Notes: generated by a model not told the origin, from the letters alone. DNA of 63,291 nucleotides from Halanaerobiales bacterium (GCA_046482435.1 JAWOEZ010000023.1:1-63291); one strand, 5' to 3'. Shown: positions 10,249 through 24,120, counted from the first letter of the stretch. Made by a program: numbers and translations.

Positions 10249-11514
10249 ATGAAGTTTTTAAAGTGGCTCTATCCGGGTTTAGGTATTAAAAGATGGTTTC
10301 TGATTGGGATTATAGGATTAATACTTTTAAGTACTGGAATTGCTCTATTATTACATGTGAATATAGTAGATTATACGATCAAATTGATTTATGAGACAGC
10401 CTATAATGTGAGTGGGACTTTACCCTATTATACAAATATAATAGTTGGGGTATTTTTAATCATCTTTTCACTGGCGATGATTATTTATGCCGGTAATAGA
10501 TTTATAAATAAATTGAACAGTGAAATATATAGAGATGATGATTTTGTAAATGTACTCTACAAAAAGAATCAACTTCAAAAAGGTCCAAAAGTTGTTGCTA
10601 TCGGTGGTGGAACAGGCCTTTCTAACTTATTAAGGGGTCTTAAAGAATTTACTGGAAACATTACTGCGGTTGTGACAGTTGCTGACAATGGAGGTAGTTC
10701 CGGTAAATTAAGAGAAGAACTTGATATCTTACCACCGGGAGATATTAGAAACTGTTTGGTTGCATTAGCAGACCAGGAGCCTTTAATGGAAGACTTATTT
10801 CAATATCGTTTTTATAAAGAAGGTGACTTAAGAGGTCATAGTTTCGGAAATCTTTTTATCGCAGCGATGTCAGAGGTATTAGGTGATTTTGAAGAAGCAG
10901 TAGAAGAGTCTTCAAAAGTTCTTGCGATTAGGGGTAGGGTTCTTCCCTCAACCAATCAAAAAGTTAACTTAGGTGCTATATACGAAGACGGTAGTAAAAT
11001 GATAGGTGAATCCGAAATACCGGATAAAAATAAGACAATTAATGGGGTTTATCTGAAACCTAATTCGGTAAGGATCACAGAAAATGTTAAAAACGCTCTT
11101 TTAGAAGCCGACTATATCCTAGTAGGACCGGGCAGTCTCTATACAAGCTTGATCCCTAATCTTATGATTAAAGGGATGGTAGAAACTATCAAAAAAAGTG
11201 GGGCACAAAAGGTATTTATCACAAATGTGATGACCCAACCGGGTGAAACAACGGGCTATACTGCCCACGATCATATTAAAGCAGTTTATGACCATATCGG
11301 TAGTCAGATATTTGATTATATCATAGTTAATCAGAATGGAACCAAAAGAGATCTACTGGAAAAGTATGCCAAAGAAGGTGCTTATCCTGTTGAGGATGAT
11401 ATAGACAAATTAAATAAATTGAATATAGATATAGTGGAAGGAAAATTAATTCAGGCCGAAAATTATATTAGACATGATCCCCACAAGTTAGCAGAAGTAT
11501 TAGTTGAACTATAA
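10249..11514 (+). CDS. yvcK: YvcK-family gluconeogenesis factor (CofD-like, UPF0052) with N-terminal TM segments
   Basis: VAIGGGTGLSNLLRGLK and VADNGGSSG motifs. Conserved position between rapZ and whiA. Confidence 0.9.
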   Translation: MKFLKWLYPGLGIKRWFLIGIIGLILLSTGIALLLHVNIVDYTIKLIYETAYNVSGTLPYYTNIIVGVFLIIFSLAMIIYAGNRFINKLNSEIYRDDDFVNVLYKKNQLQKGPKVVAIGGGTGLSNLLRGLKEFTGNITAVVTVADNGGSSGKLREELDILPPGDIRNCLVALADQEPLMEDLFQYRFYKEGDLRGHSFGNLFIAAMSEVLGDFEEAVEESSKVLAIRGRVLPSTNQKVNLGAIYEDGSKMIGESEIPDKNKTINGVYLKPNSVRITENVKNALLEADYILVGPGSLYTSLIPNLMIKGMVETIKKSGAQKVFITNVMTQPGETTGYTAHDHIKAVYDHIGSQIFDYIIVNQNGTKRDLLEKYAKEGAYPVEDDIDKLNKLNIDIVEGKLIQAENYIRHDPHKLAEVLVEL

Positions 11515-11536
11515 TTAAAGTTGGTGATTAAATCAA

Positions 11537-12487
11537 ATGTCTTTTTCAGATCACGTAAAACACGAGTTAGCACATCTTGAAGTAGAGAAAAAAGGAGTTC
11601 ATCAGGCTGAAGTAGCTGCAATTATTAGAATGAATGGTTCGATTTTGATTTCTTCAGGTGATCTTGCGGTTAAAATTGGTGTTTACCACGGGGATTTAGC
11701 CCGCCGAGTATATAAATATATTAAAGAAGAATATGAATTTGATAGTGAAATTAGAGTTAAGCAGAATAACTTGATAAACCGGAAAAAATACGAGCTCTTT
11801 ATCACTCCTCAAAAAGGAGTCTATGATTTACTAGAAAACCTTGGAATTTTAGACAAATCACACAGTATATTATTTACTGTAGCAGACTGGATTAAAGAAA
11901 ACCGCGACTATCAGAGAGCGTATTTACGGGGTGTCTTTTTAGCAAGCGGTTCTGTAAATAAACCGAAAGCAGCATACCATTTAGAAATAAGATGTGAACA
12001 TATAACACATGCCGAAGATATAATGAGGTTGATGAAGAATTTTGACCTCGACCCTCATCAAACAGAACACAAAAAGAAGTATGTAGTTTATCTTAAAAAA
12101 TATGATGATGTTGCAACAATGTTAAATGTAATGGGAGCATATAATTCTCTTTTAGAATTAGAGAATGTTCAGGTTTTTAAAGAAATTAAAAATAATGTTA
12201 ATAGGAGAGTCAATTTCGAAACAGCAAATTTGGATAAAACCGTTAAGGCAGCCATGGAGCAGATTGACGATATAGAATTAATTGAAAAAGAAAAAGGATT
12301 AGAAAACATTACTGAAAGTTTAAGAGAGATTGCCCTGTTAAGAAAAGAAAATCCCTATGCCAGTTTAAAAGAACTAGGAGAGATCTTAAAACCTACCTTG
12401 AGTAAATCTGGTGTATATAATAGGATTAGGCGTTTAAAAAAAATTGCTGATAAGATAAGGAGTGGGAAAAATGGATCTAGCTCTTAA
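11537..12487 (+). CDS. whiA: sporulation/cell-division regulator WhiA
   Basis: MSFSDHVKHEL start, YLRGVFLASGSV (LAGLIDADG-like) and a C-terminal HTH SKSGVYNRIRRL. Confidence 0.92.
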   Translation: MSFSDHVKHELAHLEVEKKGVHQAEVAAIIRMNGSILISSGDLAVKIGVYHGDLARRVYKYIKEEYEFDSEIRVKQNNLINRKKYELFITPQKGVYDLLENLGILDKSHSILFTVADWIKENRDYQRAYLRGVFLASGSVNKPKAAYHLEIRCEHITHAEDIMRLMKNFDLDPHQTEHKKKYVVYLKKYDDVATMLNVMGAYNSLLELENVQVFKEIKNNVNRRVNFETANLDKTVKAAMEQIDDIELIEKEKGLENITESLREIALLRKENPYASLKELGEILKPTLSKSGVYNRIRRLKKIADKIRSGKNGSSS

Positions 12488-13805
12488 TTTAAGTGTAGAT
12501 CTAGAACAGAAGCAGGAACTGGTGATGACTCCTAAACTCCAGATGGCTATCAAGCTACTGCAGTATTCCAGTATGGAGTTAAAAGAATATATAGAAGAGG
12601 AGATGAGGGATAACCCTCTCCTGGAAAAGCATGAAGAAAATGAAAACCATCTTGATGATAGGATTAAAAACCAATATCAGAGTTACCGTTACGGCAGTAA
12701 CTATAACCAGGAAGATTTCAATTATGAAAATATGGTAACCTATCAACCCAACTTACTTGAATACTTAGAAAAACAGCTCTATGAGGTTCTTGATAATGAG
12801 GAGATAGAAACTGGTGAATATATACTGGGTAATTTAGATGAGCGGGGACTATTATCTACTTCACTTTCTGAAATAGCAGAAGAATTAGATGTTGATATTG
12901 AATATGTAAAGAATATTATAAAGAAGATTCAGCAGCTAGAACCCGCCGGTATAGCTGCTACCAATGTCAAAGAATGTTATCTAACCCAGTTAAAACAGAT
13001 GGAGCTGGATACAAAGGATGCCGAATTATTAATCGGTAAATATTTAGATTCTATTGTAACTGAAGATCATAAAGAAATTTTGGATGCTACCAGTTGGAGG
13101 GAAGAGAGATTAAGTAAAGCCCTTCAGATAATTGATAAACTTACTTCAAAACCGGCCTCACTGGTTGCAGACCATAAAAAGACCCAGTATATAATGCCCG
13201 ATATTGTAATTAAAAAGGTAAATGATGAATATGTGATAATACTCAACGATAAAGCCTCACCCTTGCTTCGAATTAATCCCTATTACTATGAAGTGATGCA
13301 AAAGTGCAAAAAAGACGATACCTATGACTACTTAGAAAAGAAATTTAAATCAGCGCTCTGGATAATAAAGAGTATCGAACAGCGCAGAATGACAGTCTAT
13401 AGAATTGCTAAAAAGATAGCTGATAAACAAAAGAACTTTTTAGATGAGGGGGTAAAATATTTAAAACCGCTTACCATGCAAGAGATAGCTGATGAAATTG
13501 AAATGCATGAATCGACCGTAAGTAGGGCAACAGATAATAAATTTATTCAGACCCCACGCGGTATATTTGATTTTAAGTTCTTTTTTAGTGGTGGAGTAAA
13601 TGATATTTCTACAGTCAGTATAAAAGCCATAATTATAGAATTAATTAAAAACGAAGACAGTAATTCACCATTGAGTGATAGTGCAATTGTTGAACTTTTA
13701 AGGACTAAAAAGAATTTAAAATTATCTAGAAGAACGATAGCCAAATATAGAAATGAACTGGGAATTCCTTCTTCGATTAAGAGGAAGAAAAAATATAAAT
13801 TCTAA
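12471..13805 (+). CDS. rpoN: RNA polymerase sigma-54 factor
   Basis: QELVMTPKLQMAIKLLQ region I, HESTVSRA HTH and the RpoN box region ARRTIAKYR. AAGGAG lies 8 nt before ATG 12471. Confidence 0.93.
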   Translation: MDLALNLSVDLEQKQELVMTPKLQMAIKLLQYSSMELKEYIEEEMRDNPLLEKHEENENHLDDRIKNQYQSYRYGSNYNQEDFNYENMVTYQPNLLEYLEKQLYEVLDNEEIETGEYILGNLDERGLLSTSLSEIAEELDVDIEYVKNIIKKIQQLEPAGIAATNVKECYLTQLKQMELDTKDAELLIGKYLDSIVTEDHKEILDATSWREERLSKALQIIDKLTSKPASLVADHKKTQYIMPDIVIKKVNDEYVIILNDKASPLLRINPYYYEVMQKCKKDDTYDYLEKKFKSALWIIKSIEQRRMTVYRIAKKIADKQKNFLDEGVKYLKPLTMQEIADEIEMHESTVSRATDNKFIQTPRGIFDFKFFFSGGVNDISTVSIKAIIIELIKNEDSNSPLSDSAIVELLRTKKNLKLSRRTIAKYRNELGIPSSIKRKKKYKF

Positions 13806-13875
13806 AGCAGGATTTTAAGCTAAAATATTTAATATATGATATGGAAAAAATAAAGTTTCTTTTCTTTAGAAATAT

Positions 13876-13911
13876 TGGGACAAAAATGTTCCGCAAGGAC
13901 AAAATAATCCC
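13876..13911 (+). promoter_or_regulatory. putative CggR operator (tandem GGGAC/AGGAC half-sites)
   Basis: TGGGAC-aaaaa-TGT...AAGGAC-aaaata-ATC has half-site starts 19 nt apart. It resembles the B. subtilis CGGGAC-N6-TGTC direct-repeat operator. It lies 19 nt upstream of cggR. Confidence 0.4.
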
Positions 13912-13929
13912 GAAGGTAGGTGGGCTTAG

Positions 13930-14970
13930 ATGAATTATTTGTTAAAAATACAAAAAAAGCTTGTCCCAGAATTGATAAAAGTTGCGGAAATAAGATATAA
14001 TATATTAAAAGAAGTCTTTAATCACCAACCGATTGGGAGACGGACTTTAGCCCGGAAACTGGACTTAAGTATCAGGAGTGTAAGAAAACATCTCGATTTT
14101 CTGTATGATAAAAGGTATATAAAGATAACTAAAAGTGGTACAGTTATTACAGAAAATGGGGAGGATTTTTTACACGAACTTGATAGATATATGAAAGAAA
14201 TAAAAGACATTGCTAATCTTGAAGATAAAATTGAAAGTATTTTAGGTATTAATAAGGTAATGATAGTTCCGGAGGAGAAAGACTCAGAGATAATAAATAA
14301 AGAAATTGGTAGATTTACTTCCCGTTTTTTAAAAGAACTGATCAAAGATGATGATATTATTGCAGTTACAGGGGGTTCTACTTTAGCTCAGGTAGCTGAA
14401 ACTATGTTGTTTACAGAAGAACCACGTGAGGTAACTGTAATTCCGGGACGTGGTGGGCTGGGAGAAAAAGTAGAAATTCAGGCCAATACCATTGCTTCCA
14501 AAATAGCCAAAAAATTGGGGGGCAAATATAAATTATTACATATCCCAGATGATATCACGCAGGAGAGCCTTACGATGATTACAAATGAGCCTTCGGTTAA
14601 AAAGACATTGGACCAACTTCAGCAGTCCAATATATTAATTCACGGGATCGGAACTGCTGAGCTGATGTCTTCCCGTCGGGATATGGATGAAAGTGAGATT
14701 AAAAAGTTAAAAGATAAAGGGGCAATTGCAGAAGCATTTGGACTATACTTTAATGAAGAGGGTCAAGTTGTTTATTCTACGGCTAGTGTTGGTTTAAGTA
14801 TGACCGACTTGAAAAATATTGATAAGGTAATTGCTGTAGCCGGGGGAGTAGATAAAGCCCGGGCAATTATTTCTGTAGTTTCATCCCGATATCATGATAT
14901 ATTAATTACTGATGAAATAACCGCAAGGGAAATTATATCAATAAAGGGAGGTGGGAAATCTCAAATTTAA
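13930..14970 (+). CDS. cggR: SorC/CggR-family central glycolytic genes regulator
   Basis: N-terminal wHTH plus a sugar-phosphate-binding domain. Sits immediately upstream of gap-pgk-tpiA-gpmI-eno. Confidence 0.9.
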   Translation: MNYLLKIQKKLVPELIKVAEIRYNILKEVFNHQPIGRRTLARKLDLSIRSVRKHLDFLYDKRYIKITKSGTVITENGEDFLHELDRYMKEIKDIANLEDKIESILGINKVMIVPEEKDSEIINKEIGRFTSRFLKELIKDDDIIAVTGGSTLAQVAETMLFTEEPREVTVIPGRGGLGEKVEIQANTIASKIAKKLGGKYKLLHIPDDITQESLTMITNEPSVKKTLDQLQQSNILIHGIGTAELMSSRRDMDESEIKKLKDKGAIAEAFGLYFNEEGQVVYSTASVGLSMTDLKNIDKVIAVAGGVDKARAIISVVSSRYHDILITDEITAREIISIKGGGKSQI

Positions 14971-15042
14971 ATAGGTTGTGTTTGCCAATTAACACAAAAG
15001 TAAATTAATTAAAAATATAATTATAAATAAGGAGGAATAAAG

Positions 15043-16056
15043 ATGAAAGTAAAAGTAGCTATTAATGGTTTTGGAGCAATCGGTAGAAAGGCTTTAAGGG
15101 GTGCTATTGATAATCCCGAAATTGAATTTGTAGCAATTAATGACCTGGTGGAGCCAAAGATATTGGCGTATTTACTAAAATATGATTCTAATCACGGCAC
15201 ATTCGATGGTCAGGTTGACCATACTGATAAGTCGATCATTGTTAACGGAAAAGAAATTAAAATATTCAACAAAAAGGACCCTGCAGAACTTCCCTGGGGT
15301 GATTTAGGAGTAGAAGTAGTATATGAATCAACCGGCCTCTTTACAGATGCTAATGATGCTAAAAAGCACCTAGAAGCAGGTGCTAAGAAAGTTATAATCT
15401 CTGCTCCTGCATCCAATGAAGATCTCACAGTTGTATTAGGTGTAAATGGTAATCAATACAATCCAGACAAAGATGACATTATTTCCAATGCTTCCTGTAC
15501 AACGAACTGTTTATCACCGATAGCGAAGATTCTTAACGATGAATTTGGGATTGAAAAAGGTCTTATGACCACAATTCACTCCTATACATCATCTCAAAAT
15601 ATTTTAGATGGCCCATATAAATGGAAGAAAATCACCCGCGGCCGGGCTGCAGGAGAAAATATTGTTCCCACAACTACTGGAGCAGCAGTTGCTACTACCG
15701 ATGTACTTCCTGAACTTGAAGGTAAGCTAGATGGGATGGCAGTTAGAACACAAACTCCTACTGGTTCTCTAGTAGACTTAGTTGTTACTCTAGAGCAGGA
15801 TGTAACTGTTGAAGAAATTAATAAAGTTATGAAAAAATATGCTAATGGAGATATGAAAGGTATTTTAGAGTACAATGAAGATCCTATTGTTTCCAGAGAT
15901 ATAATTGGTAACCCACATTCTTCAATCTATGATGCAAATTATACAAAAGTCGTCCAGGGCAATATGGTCAAATTATTATCCTGGTATGACAACGAATGGG
16001 GCTATGCTCAGAGGTTGAATGATTTTGCTGTAAAAATGAAAGAATTGGGTATATAA
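15043..16056 (+). CDS. gap: type I glyceraldehyde-3-phosphate dehydrogenase
   Basis: INGFGAIGR and the SNASCTTNCL active site. Confidence 0.97.
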   Translation: MKVKVAINGFGAIGRKALRGAIDNPEIEFVAINDLVEPKILAYLLKYDSNHGTFDGQVDHTDKSIIVNGKEIKIFNKKDPAELPWGDLGVEVVYESTGLFTDANDAKKHLEAGAKKVIISAPASNEDLTVVLGVNGNQYNPDKDDIISNASCTTNCLSPIAKILNDEFGIEKGLMTTIHSYTSSQNILDGPYKWKKITRGRAAGENIVPTTTGAAVATTDVLPELEGKLDGMAVRTQTPTGSLVDLVVTLEQDVTVEEINKVMKKYANGDMKGILEYNEDPIVSRDIIGNPHSSIYDANYTKVVQGNMVKLLSWYDNEWGYAQRLNDFAVKMKELGI

Positions 16057-16077
16057 ATAATACAATATAAAATTCAA

Positions 16078-16110
16078 GGGGGTTAAAGCTTTCATACTTT
16101 AACCCCTTTT
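16078..16110 (+). terminator. intra-operon hairpin/partial terminator between gap and pgk
   Basis: ggggttaaag (16078-16087) pairs with ctttaacccc (16097-16106), followed by tttt. Confidence 0.6.
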
Positions 16111-16136
16111 GATACCTATATTGGAGGTGGATAAGA

Positions 16137-17321
16137 GTGAAAAAAACATTAAAAGACTATAATTTTAAAGGTAAAAGAGTTTTAGTAAGAGTAGATTTTA
16201 ATGTACCAATCGAAGCGGGAGAAGTTACAGATTTAAACCGGATTGAAGCGGCTTTACCGACTATAAAATTCCTCGCAAATGAAGACGCAAAAGTAATCTT
16301 AATGTCACACCTGGGAAGACCTAAGGGTGAAGTTAAAGAAGAGTTTAAATTAGATCCAGTCGGCAAAGAATTAGCAAACCTTTTAAATAAAAAGGTAGTT
16401 AAGGTAGACGACTGTATCGGAAATGAAGTAAAGAAAGCGGTTAGTTATATGGAAAATGGAGATGTATTACTCCTTGAAAATACCCGTTTTCATCAAGGAG
16501 AAAAGGAAAACGATCCAGAATTTTCAAAGCAACTTGCAGAAAATGCAGATATATTTGTACTTGATGCTTTTGGTACTGCTCACCGCGCCCATGCTTCAAC
16601 AGTTGGTGTAACTAAATATTTACCATCAGCTGCTGGTTTTCTACTGATGAGAGAACTTAATGCACTGGGGGATGTTATGGAAAATCCTGAATCTCCTTTC
16701 GTTGCAATTATGGGGGGAGCAAAGATATCCGGTAAGATTTCTGTTATTGAAAATTTATTAGATAAGGTAGATTATATTTTAACCGGTGGTGGAATAGCCA
16801 ATACCTTCTTAAAAGCACAGGGTTTTGAAGTTGGTAACTCTCTAGTTGAAGATAACAAGCTTCAGGTAGCCCGTGATTTAATCAGTAAAGCACAAAAGAA
16901 GAATGTAATATTACTTTTACCAAAAGATGTAATAATCGCAGATAAATTTGATAAGGAAGCAGAGTCTAAAGAAGTTTCTGTAGATGAAATTCCAAAAGAC
17001 TGGGAGATCCTGGACAGTGGAGGTGGCGAAACACTAAAGGAATACACCACGATTATAAAGAACGCCCAAACTGTGATCTGGAACGGTCCAATCGGGGTTT
17101 TTGAATTTGAAAAGTTCGCTAATGGTACCAATCAAATCGCTAAGGCTTTAGCTGAAACCGAGGCTAAAACAGTAATCGGTGGTGGAGAATCTGCAGCGGC
17201 TGTAAAAAAAGCCGGTTTGATGGATAAGATGACACATGTCTCAACAGGTGGTGGGGCTTCTTTAAGATTTTTCGAAGGTAAGCCACTACCCGCTGTAGAT
17301 GCAATTGATGACCTTAAATAA
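16137..17321 (+). CDS. pgk: phosphoglycerate kinase
   Basis: RVDFNVP and SHLGRP motifs. GTG start with GGAGGTGG upstream. Confidence 0.97.
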   Translation: MKKTLKDYNFKGKRVLVRVDFNVPIEAGEVTDLNRIEAALPTIKFLANEDAKVILMSHLGRPKGEVKEEFKLDPVGKELANLLNKKVVKVDDCIGNEVKKAVSYMENGDVLLLENTRFHQGEKENDPEFSKQLAENADIFVLDAFGTAHRAHASTVGVTKYLPSAAGFLLMRELNALGDVMENPESPFVAIMGGAKISGKISVIENLLDKVDYILTGGGIANTFLKAQGFEVGNSLVEDNKLQVARDLISKAQKKNVILLLPKDVIIADKFDKEAESKEVSVDEIPKDWEILDSGGGETLKEYTTIIKNAQTVIWNGPIGVFEFEKFANGTNQIAKALAETEAKTVIGGGESAAAVKKAGLMDKMTHVSTGGGASLRFFEGKPLPAVDAIDDLK

Positions 17322-17338
17322 AGGGGAGGTATTAAAAG

Positions 17339-18094
17339 ATGCGAAAACCATTTATTGCTGGTAACTGGAAGATGAATAAAACTATTTCAGAAGCAAAAGA
17401 ACTTGTAAGTTCTTTAAAATTAAAAGTAGCCGGAATCGATAATGTAGAAATTGGAGTTTGTCCCCCGGATATCGACTTACCTGCGGTTGTAGATATAGCA
17501 AAAGATAGTAATATAAAAGTAGGTGGACAGAATATGCATTGGGAAGAAAGTGGGGCCTTTACTGGTGATACTTCTCCTCTCATGTTGAAAGAACTTGGAG
17601 TTCAGTACATTATAGTAGGACATTCAGAACGAAGAGAATACTATCAGGAAACAGATCAAGAGGTAAATAAGAAAGTGAAAGCGGCCTTTGAACACGGCTT
17701 GAAACCTATTATATGTGTAGGTGAAACCCTTGAGGAAAGAAAAGCAGGCAATACAAGAGAAAAAGTAGAACAACAAGTGAAAACTTCTTTAAAAGGATTA
17801 AATCAAAGACAAGTTAGCCAAACTGTTATTGCTTATGAACCGATCTGGGCGATCGGTACTGGAGAATCTGCAAACGCCAAACAGGCCAATGAAGTAATAA
17901 GTTATATCAGAGATGTTATAGAAAATAAGTATTTAGATGCTGCTGAAGATGTCAGAATTCAATATGGTGGCAGCGTTAAACCACATAATATAGAAGAATT
18001 CATGCTTCAAAGTGATATTGATGGAGCTTTAGTAGGGGGAGCAAGCCTAGAAGCAAAATCATTTGCCCAAATTGTAAAAAAGACAGCTAAATGA
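17339..18094 (+). CDS. tpiA: triose-phosphate isomerase
   Basis: IAGNWKMN, VGHSERR and AYEPIWAIGTG. Confidence 0.97.
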   Translation: MRKPFIAGNWKMNKTISEAKELVSSLKLKVAGIDNVEIGVCPPDIDLPAVVDIAKDSNIKVGGQNMHWEESGAFTGDTSPLMLKELGVQYIIVGHSERREYYQETDQEVNKKVKAAFEHGLKPIICVGETLEERKAGNTREKVEQQVKTSLKGLNQRQVSQTVIAYEPIWAIGTGESANAKQANEVISYIRDVIENKYLDAAEDVRIQYGGSVKPHNIEEFMLQSDIDGALVGGASLEAKSFAQIVKKTAK

Positions 18095-18135
18095 TAATCG
18101 AGTCCAGTTAATGATATAGAACAGGAGGTGTTCAA

Positions 18136-20983
<2,848 letters not shown>

Positions 20984-21011
20984 AAAAGTGTTCAAAAGAA
21001 TACTATTCTAT

Positions 21012-21046
21012 AAAAGTGGTGGGGCTGAAGTCCTTACCACTTTTTC
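21012..21046 (+). terminator. Rho-independent terminator after eno
   Basis: aaaagtggt / accactttt stem followed by a T-run. Confidence 0.7.
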
Positions 21047-21322
21047 ATATAGAGCAAGAGTGGTTTATAAATTATTGGGATTAATATTTTGTCCTAAGAA
21101 CTGTACCTATGGGATAATAAGCGATAATTTTGTTTTATAAATTTAAATTGAGATAAAAATTTAATGCAGGAATTTTCAAATAATTATACAACTAATTAAA
21201 TTATAGAATATTTATAAAAACCATATTCATACTTTTAATATATATCCAGCTTTAATTTTTCTATCTTTATTAAACTTGCCAATTTTAAAGTATTTGGCTA
21301 AATATAGGAAGGGGGGATATTA

Positions 21323-21607
21323 TTGGAGATAGATAAGGCATATAATAATAATTTTTATTACCGAGTAGATAATTGGAATTGTATAAACTGTCAAAATAGT
21401 AATATGAACTTATCTAAATTTGAAAGTAGGAGTAGTTTGAATAAGGCAGTTTTACTCCAATATGAGAATAATACCGATTTTCGTATTAAAGGAGTAAATT
21501 ATTTCGAATGTCCAGATTGTGGTAAGAAAGTTGTAGTTGCTTCGGGTTTTAATACAACTAGTGAGGATATTCATACTAAGGAAGTTACAGACCTGACAGT
21601 CCAATAA
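21323..21607 (+). CDS. small zinc-ribbon-like hypothetical protein
   Basis: 94 aa, TTG start after GGAAGGGGGG. Two CxxC pairs (CINC...CPDC). No family recognised. Confidence 0.45.
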   Translation: MEIDKAYNNNFYYRVDNWNCINCQNSNMNLSKFESRSSLNKAVLLQYENNTDFRIKGVNYFECPDCGKKVVVASGFNTTSEDIHTKEVTDLTVQ

Positions 21608-21703
21608 AAAACGTATTTTACATAGAAAAATGTATTTCAAATCCTTTTTGGTCAAACAATGGGTTTTACTTTGTGGTGCCAACAGTTGAATAAGTAAGAT
21701 ATC

Positions 21704-21744
21704 AAGCGTGTGGTTTGAGATAATAGCTCACACGCTTTCTTTGT
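21704..21744 (+). terminator. Rho-independent terminator
   Basis: aagcgtgtg (21704-21712) pairs with cacacgctt (21729-21737), followed by tctttgtt. Confidence 0.55.
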
Positions 21745-22087
21745 TGGTAAGGTGTTAAATAATTTGAAAGTTAAATAAGGTCCGAAAATAATTGATATTG
21801 ACAGTTTTGTATTAGAGACCCGTTCCCTTGGTTCTAAAAGGGGAATTTTTTTATTTTCACCTTTTATATGTTAATTGTTTTAAAAATTAAAAAAGAGGTT
21901 TCTTTGATAAGTTAAAAAAAATTGAAAACTTAGTATGATTACAAAATAGAATGTTAGCACTATCTCTAGAAAGATTAAGAGAGTATATATTCTTTCCTAA
22001 TAATTATTTGCTGAAGAACTAATAGATTTCTTAATATTTACTGAGAGGGGTATTAAAATATTAGAAGTTTCATAAATTAATTTAGTA

Positions 22088-22116
22088 TTGACAGGAGTAA
22101 CAATTTCTGTTACTAT
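22088..22116 (+). promoter_or_regulatory. putative promoter with overlapping TetR-type operator
   Basis: TTGACA (22088-22093), 17 nt, then TACTAT (22111-22116). A perfect 7-bp inverted repeat AGTAACA-atttc-TGTTACT (22097-22115) spans the spacer and -10. Confidence 0.45.
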
Positions 22117-22163
22117 TGATACACTAAACTGAACGGTCGGTCGATAAAATAGGAGTTGATTAA

Positions 22164-22751
22164 ATGAAGGTAGATACAAGAAGAACAATCATGAAAACTG
22201 CGGTAAATCTATTCGCAGAACAAGGGTTTAAAGACACGTCGATATCTAATATAGCCAAAGAGGCAGATGTAGGTAAAGGAACTATTTACTGGCATTTTGA
22301 TAGTAAAGAGGATTTATTCTTTTCAATAATTGAAGAAAAGGGGAAAATATATTTTGATAAAGTATTACAATTAGATAGAAGTGATCTTTCACCTGAAAAG
22401 ATAATTTATCAGTATATTAAAGGCAGGATAGAATTTATTGATAAGAATTATAAATTAGCAGAAATGCTTATCAATAATAATGACGTAATAAATAGAGAAT
22501 TCAAAGAAATGATGGAGAAAAAACATCGCCAGAGTGTTGCAGTATTGGAAAAAGCTATACAAAGAGGTATAGACGGTGGTAAATTTAGAGAAGGCCCTAG
22601 TAATGAAATTGCTTTAATGATAATCAATGCCACTAATAGTGCTCATAATAATTTCAGCTGTAGCTTAGAAGGCAATACTGAAGAAAGAACCAAAAAAATA
22701 TTTGATTTTATAATGAACGGATTAGCTGGGGGTAAAAGTAATGATAAATAA
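22164..22751 (+). CDS. TetR/AcrR family transcriptional regulator
   Basis: N-terminal HTH TAVNLFAEQGFKDTSISNIAKEADVGKGTIYWHF. Confidence 0.92.
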   Translation: MKVDTRRTIMKTAVNLFAEQGFKDTSISNIAKEADVGKGTIYWHFDSKEDLFFSIIEEKGKIYFDKVLQLDRSDLSPEKIIYQYIKGRIEFIDKNYKLAEMLINNNDVINREFKEMMEKKHRQSVAVLEKAIQRGIDGGKFREGPSNEIALMIINATNSAHNNFSCSLEGNTEERTKKIFDFIMNGLAGGKSNDK

Positions 22752-24120
22752 GAAGTTTGTTATCATGTTATTAATGTTAGTATTAGTGACTGGTCTAACT
22801 GTAAATATAAGGGCAGCCGAAATGTCTTTAGAAGAAACTGTTAAGCATTTCATACAGAACAGCTCACAACTGGAAAATGCCCAACGGGATACGAAAGTTT
22901 CAGAAATTGATGTGGAGGTATCTAAAAAAGGGTTGGCCCCGGAAGTTACTTTACAGTCTTCTTATACCAGACTGGGAGAAGCGCCTTTAAGTCCTTCTAA
23001 ATATCTATTTCAAGGGGCACCTGACCCTACACAACCTGGAACATTTGTAGGTGAAATGATTCCAATTGAATTTCAAGAACAGTCCCAGGATAATTACAGT
23101 ACCACACTAACTATAGATAAACCGCTTTATCTAGGCGGACAAGTTAAAAACGGTACCAAGTTAAGTAAGAAAGCCGTTCAACTGAATGAATTTAAATATG
23201 AACAGACCTTAAATAATAATTTAAATTCAGTTGTCCAGGCCTATTTCAATGTCTTAATAAAAGAAGGGCTCTTAGAGATACAAAACAATTCACTTAAACT
23301 AGTTGAAAACCATCTGCAAAATGTTCAGAATAATTATGAAGCAGGTCTTGTTGTTAAAAGTGATGTAAACGAAGTTAAGATCGAGGTAAATAAAACAAAA
23401 CAGGCGATATTAACGGCCGAAAACGATTTAAGGATTGCCAAAAAACGGTTGGCAGATCTTTTGGAAATAGAGGATACTGATTTTACATTAAAACAGCCTG
23501 AAATTCCAGAGCTTGAAGAAGATCTCCAGACTCAACTTGATAAAGCTTATAAAAACAAGTTTGAATTAAATAGCTTAGAATTGAATCAGGAAATGAAAGA
23601 TATAAATAAGGAAATGGAAGATAATCTATATAAACCGTCTTTTTTCTTGAGAGGTAATTACAGTTTTGAGGGAGATTCACTTGATTTTAATGATGGTAAT
23701 TTTTCTATAACTCTGAGCGGTTCAGTTACCCTTTATGACGGTAATAAGTCTGAACTTAATCAAAAGAAAGTTGAACTGGAAAAAGAGAACTTAGAAAATA
23801 ATGAAAAACAGGTCAAAAAGAATATTGAAACAGAAATTATGTCAGCCCTGTATAAGATAGAAGAAAACAGGAAGAGTTTAAAAATAGATAATCAAAATGA
23901 AGAACAGGCCCAGGAAAACTACCAGCAGGCCATTAATAGATTCGAAAATGGGGTTGGTACCAGTTTAGAAGTATTAAGGGCAGAAACCAATCTCAATCAG
24001 ACCCAAATTAGTAAAAACCAGACTCATTATCAATATATAATGAGTTTATATAACCTGATGTATCAAACAGGAACTTTAAATAATTATTTTGAGGATGTGA
24101 TTCAAAATGAAATTAAATAA
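22741..24120 (+). CDS. TolC family outer-membrane efflux protein
   Basis: Signal peptide and two repeated coiled-coil/beta-barrel halves, 459 aa. Overlaps the TetR gene by 11 nt. Confidence 0.85.
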   Translation: MINKKFVIMLLMLVLVTGLTVNIRAAEMSLEETVKHFIQNSSQLENAQRDTKVSEIDVEVSKKGLAPEVTLQSSYTRLGEAPLSPSKYLFQGAPDPTQPGTFVGEMIPIEFQEQSQDNYSTTLTIDKPLYLGGQVKNGTKLSKKAVQLNEFKYEQTLNNNLNSVVQAYFNVLIKEGLLEIQNNSLKLVENHLQNVQNNYEAGLVVKSDVNEVKIEVNKTKQAILTAENDLRIAKKRLADLLEIEDTDFTLKQPEIPELEEDLQTQLDKAYKNKFELNSLELNQEMKDINKEMEDNLYKPSFFLRGNYSFEGDSLDFNDGNFSITLSGSVTLYDGNKSELNQKKVELEKENLENNEKQVKKNIETEIMSALYKIEENRKSLKIDNQNEEQAQENYQQAINRFENGVGTSLEVLRAETNLNQTQISKNQTHYQYIMSLYNLMYQTGTLNNYFEDVIQNEIK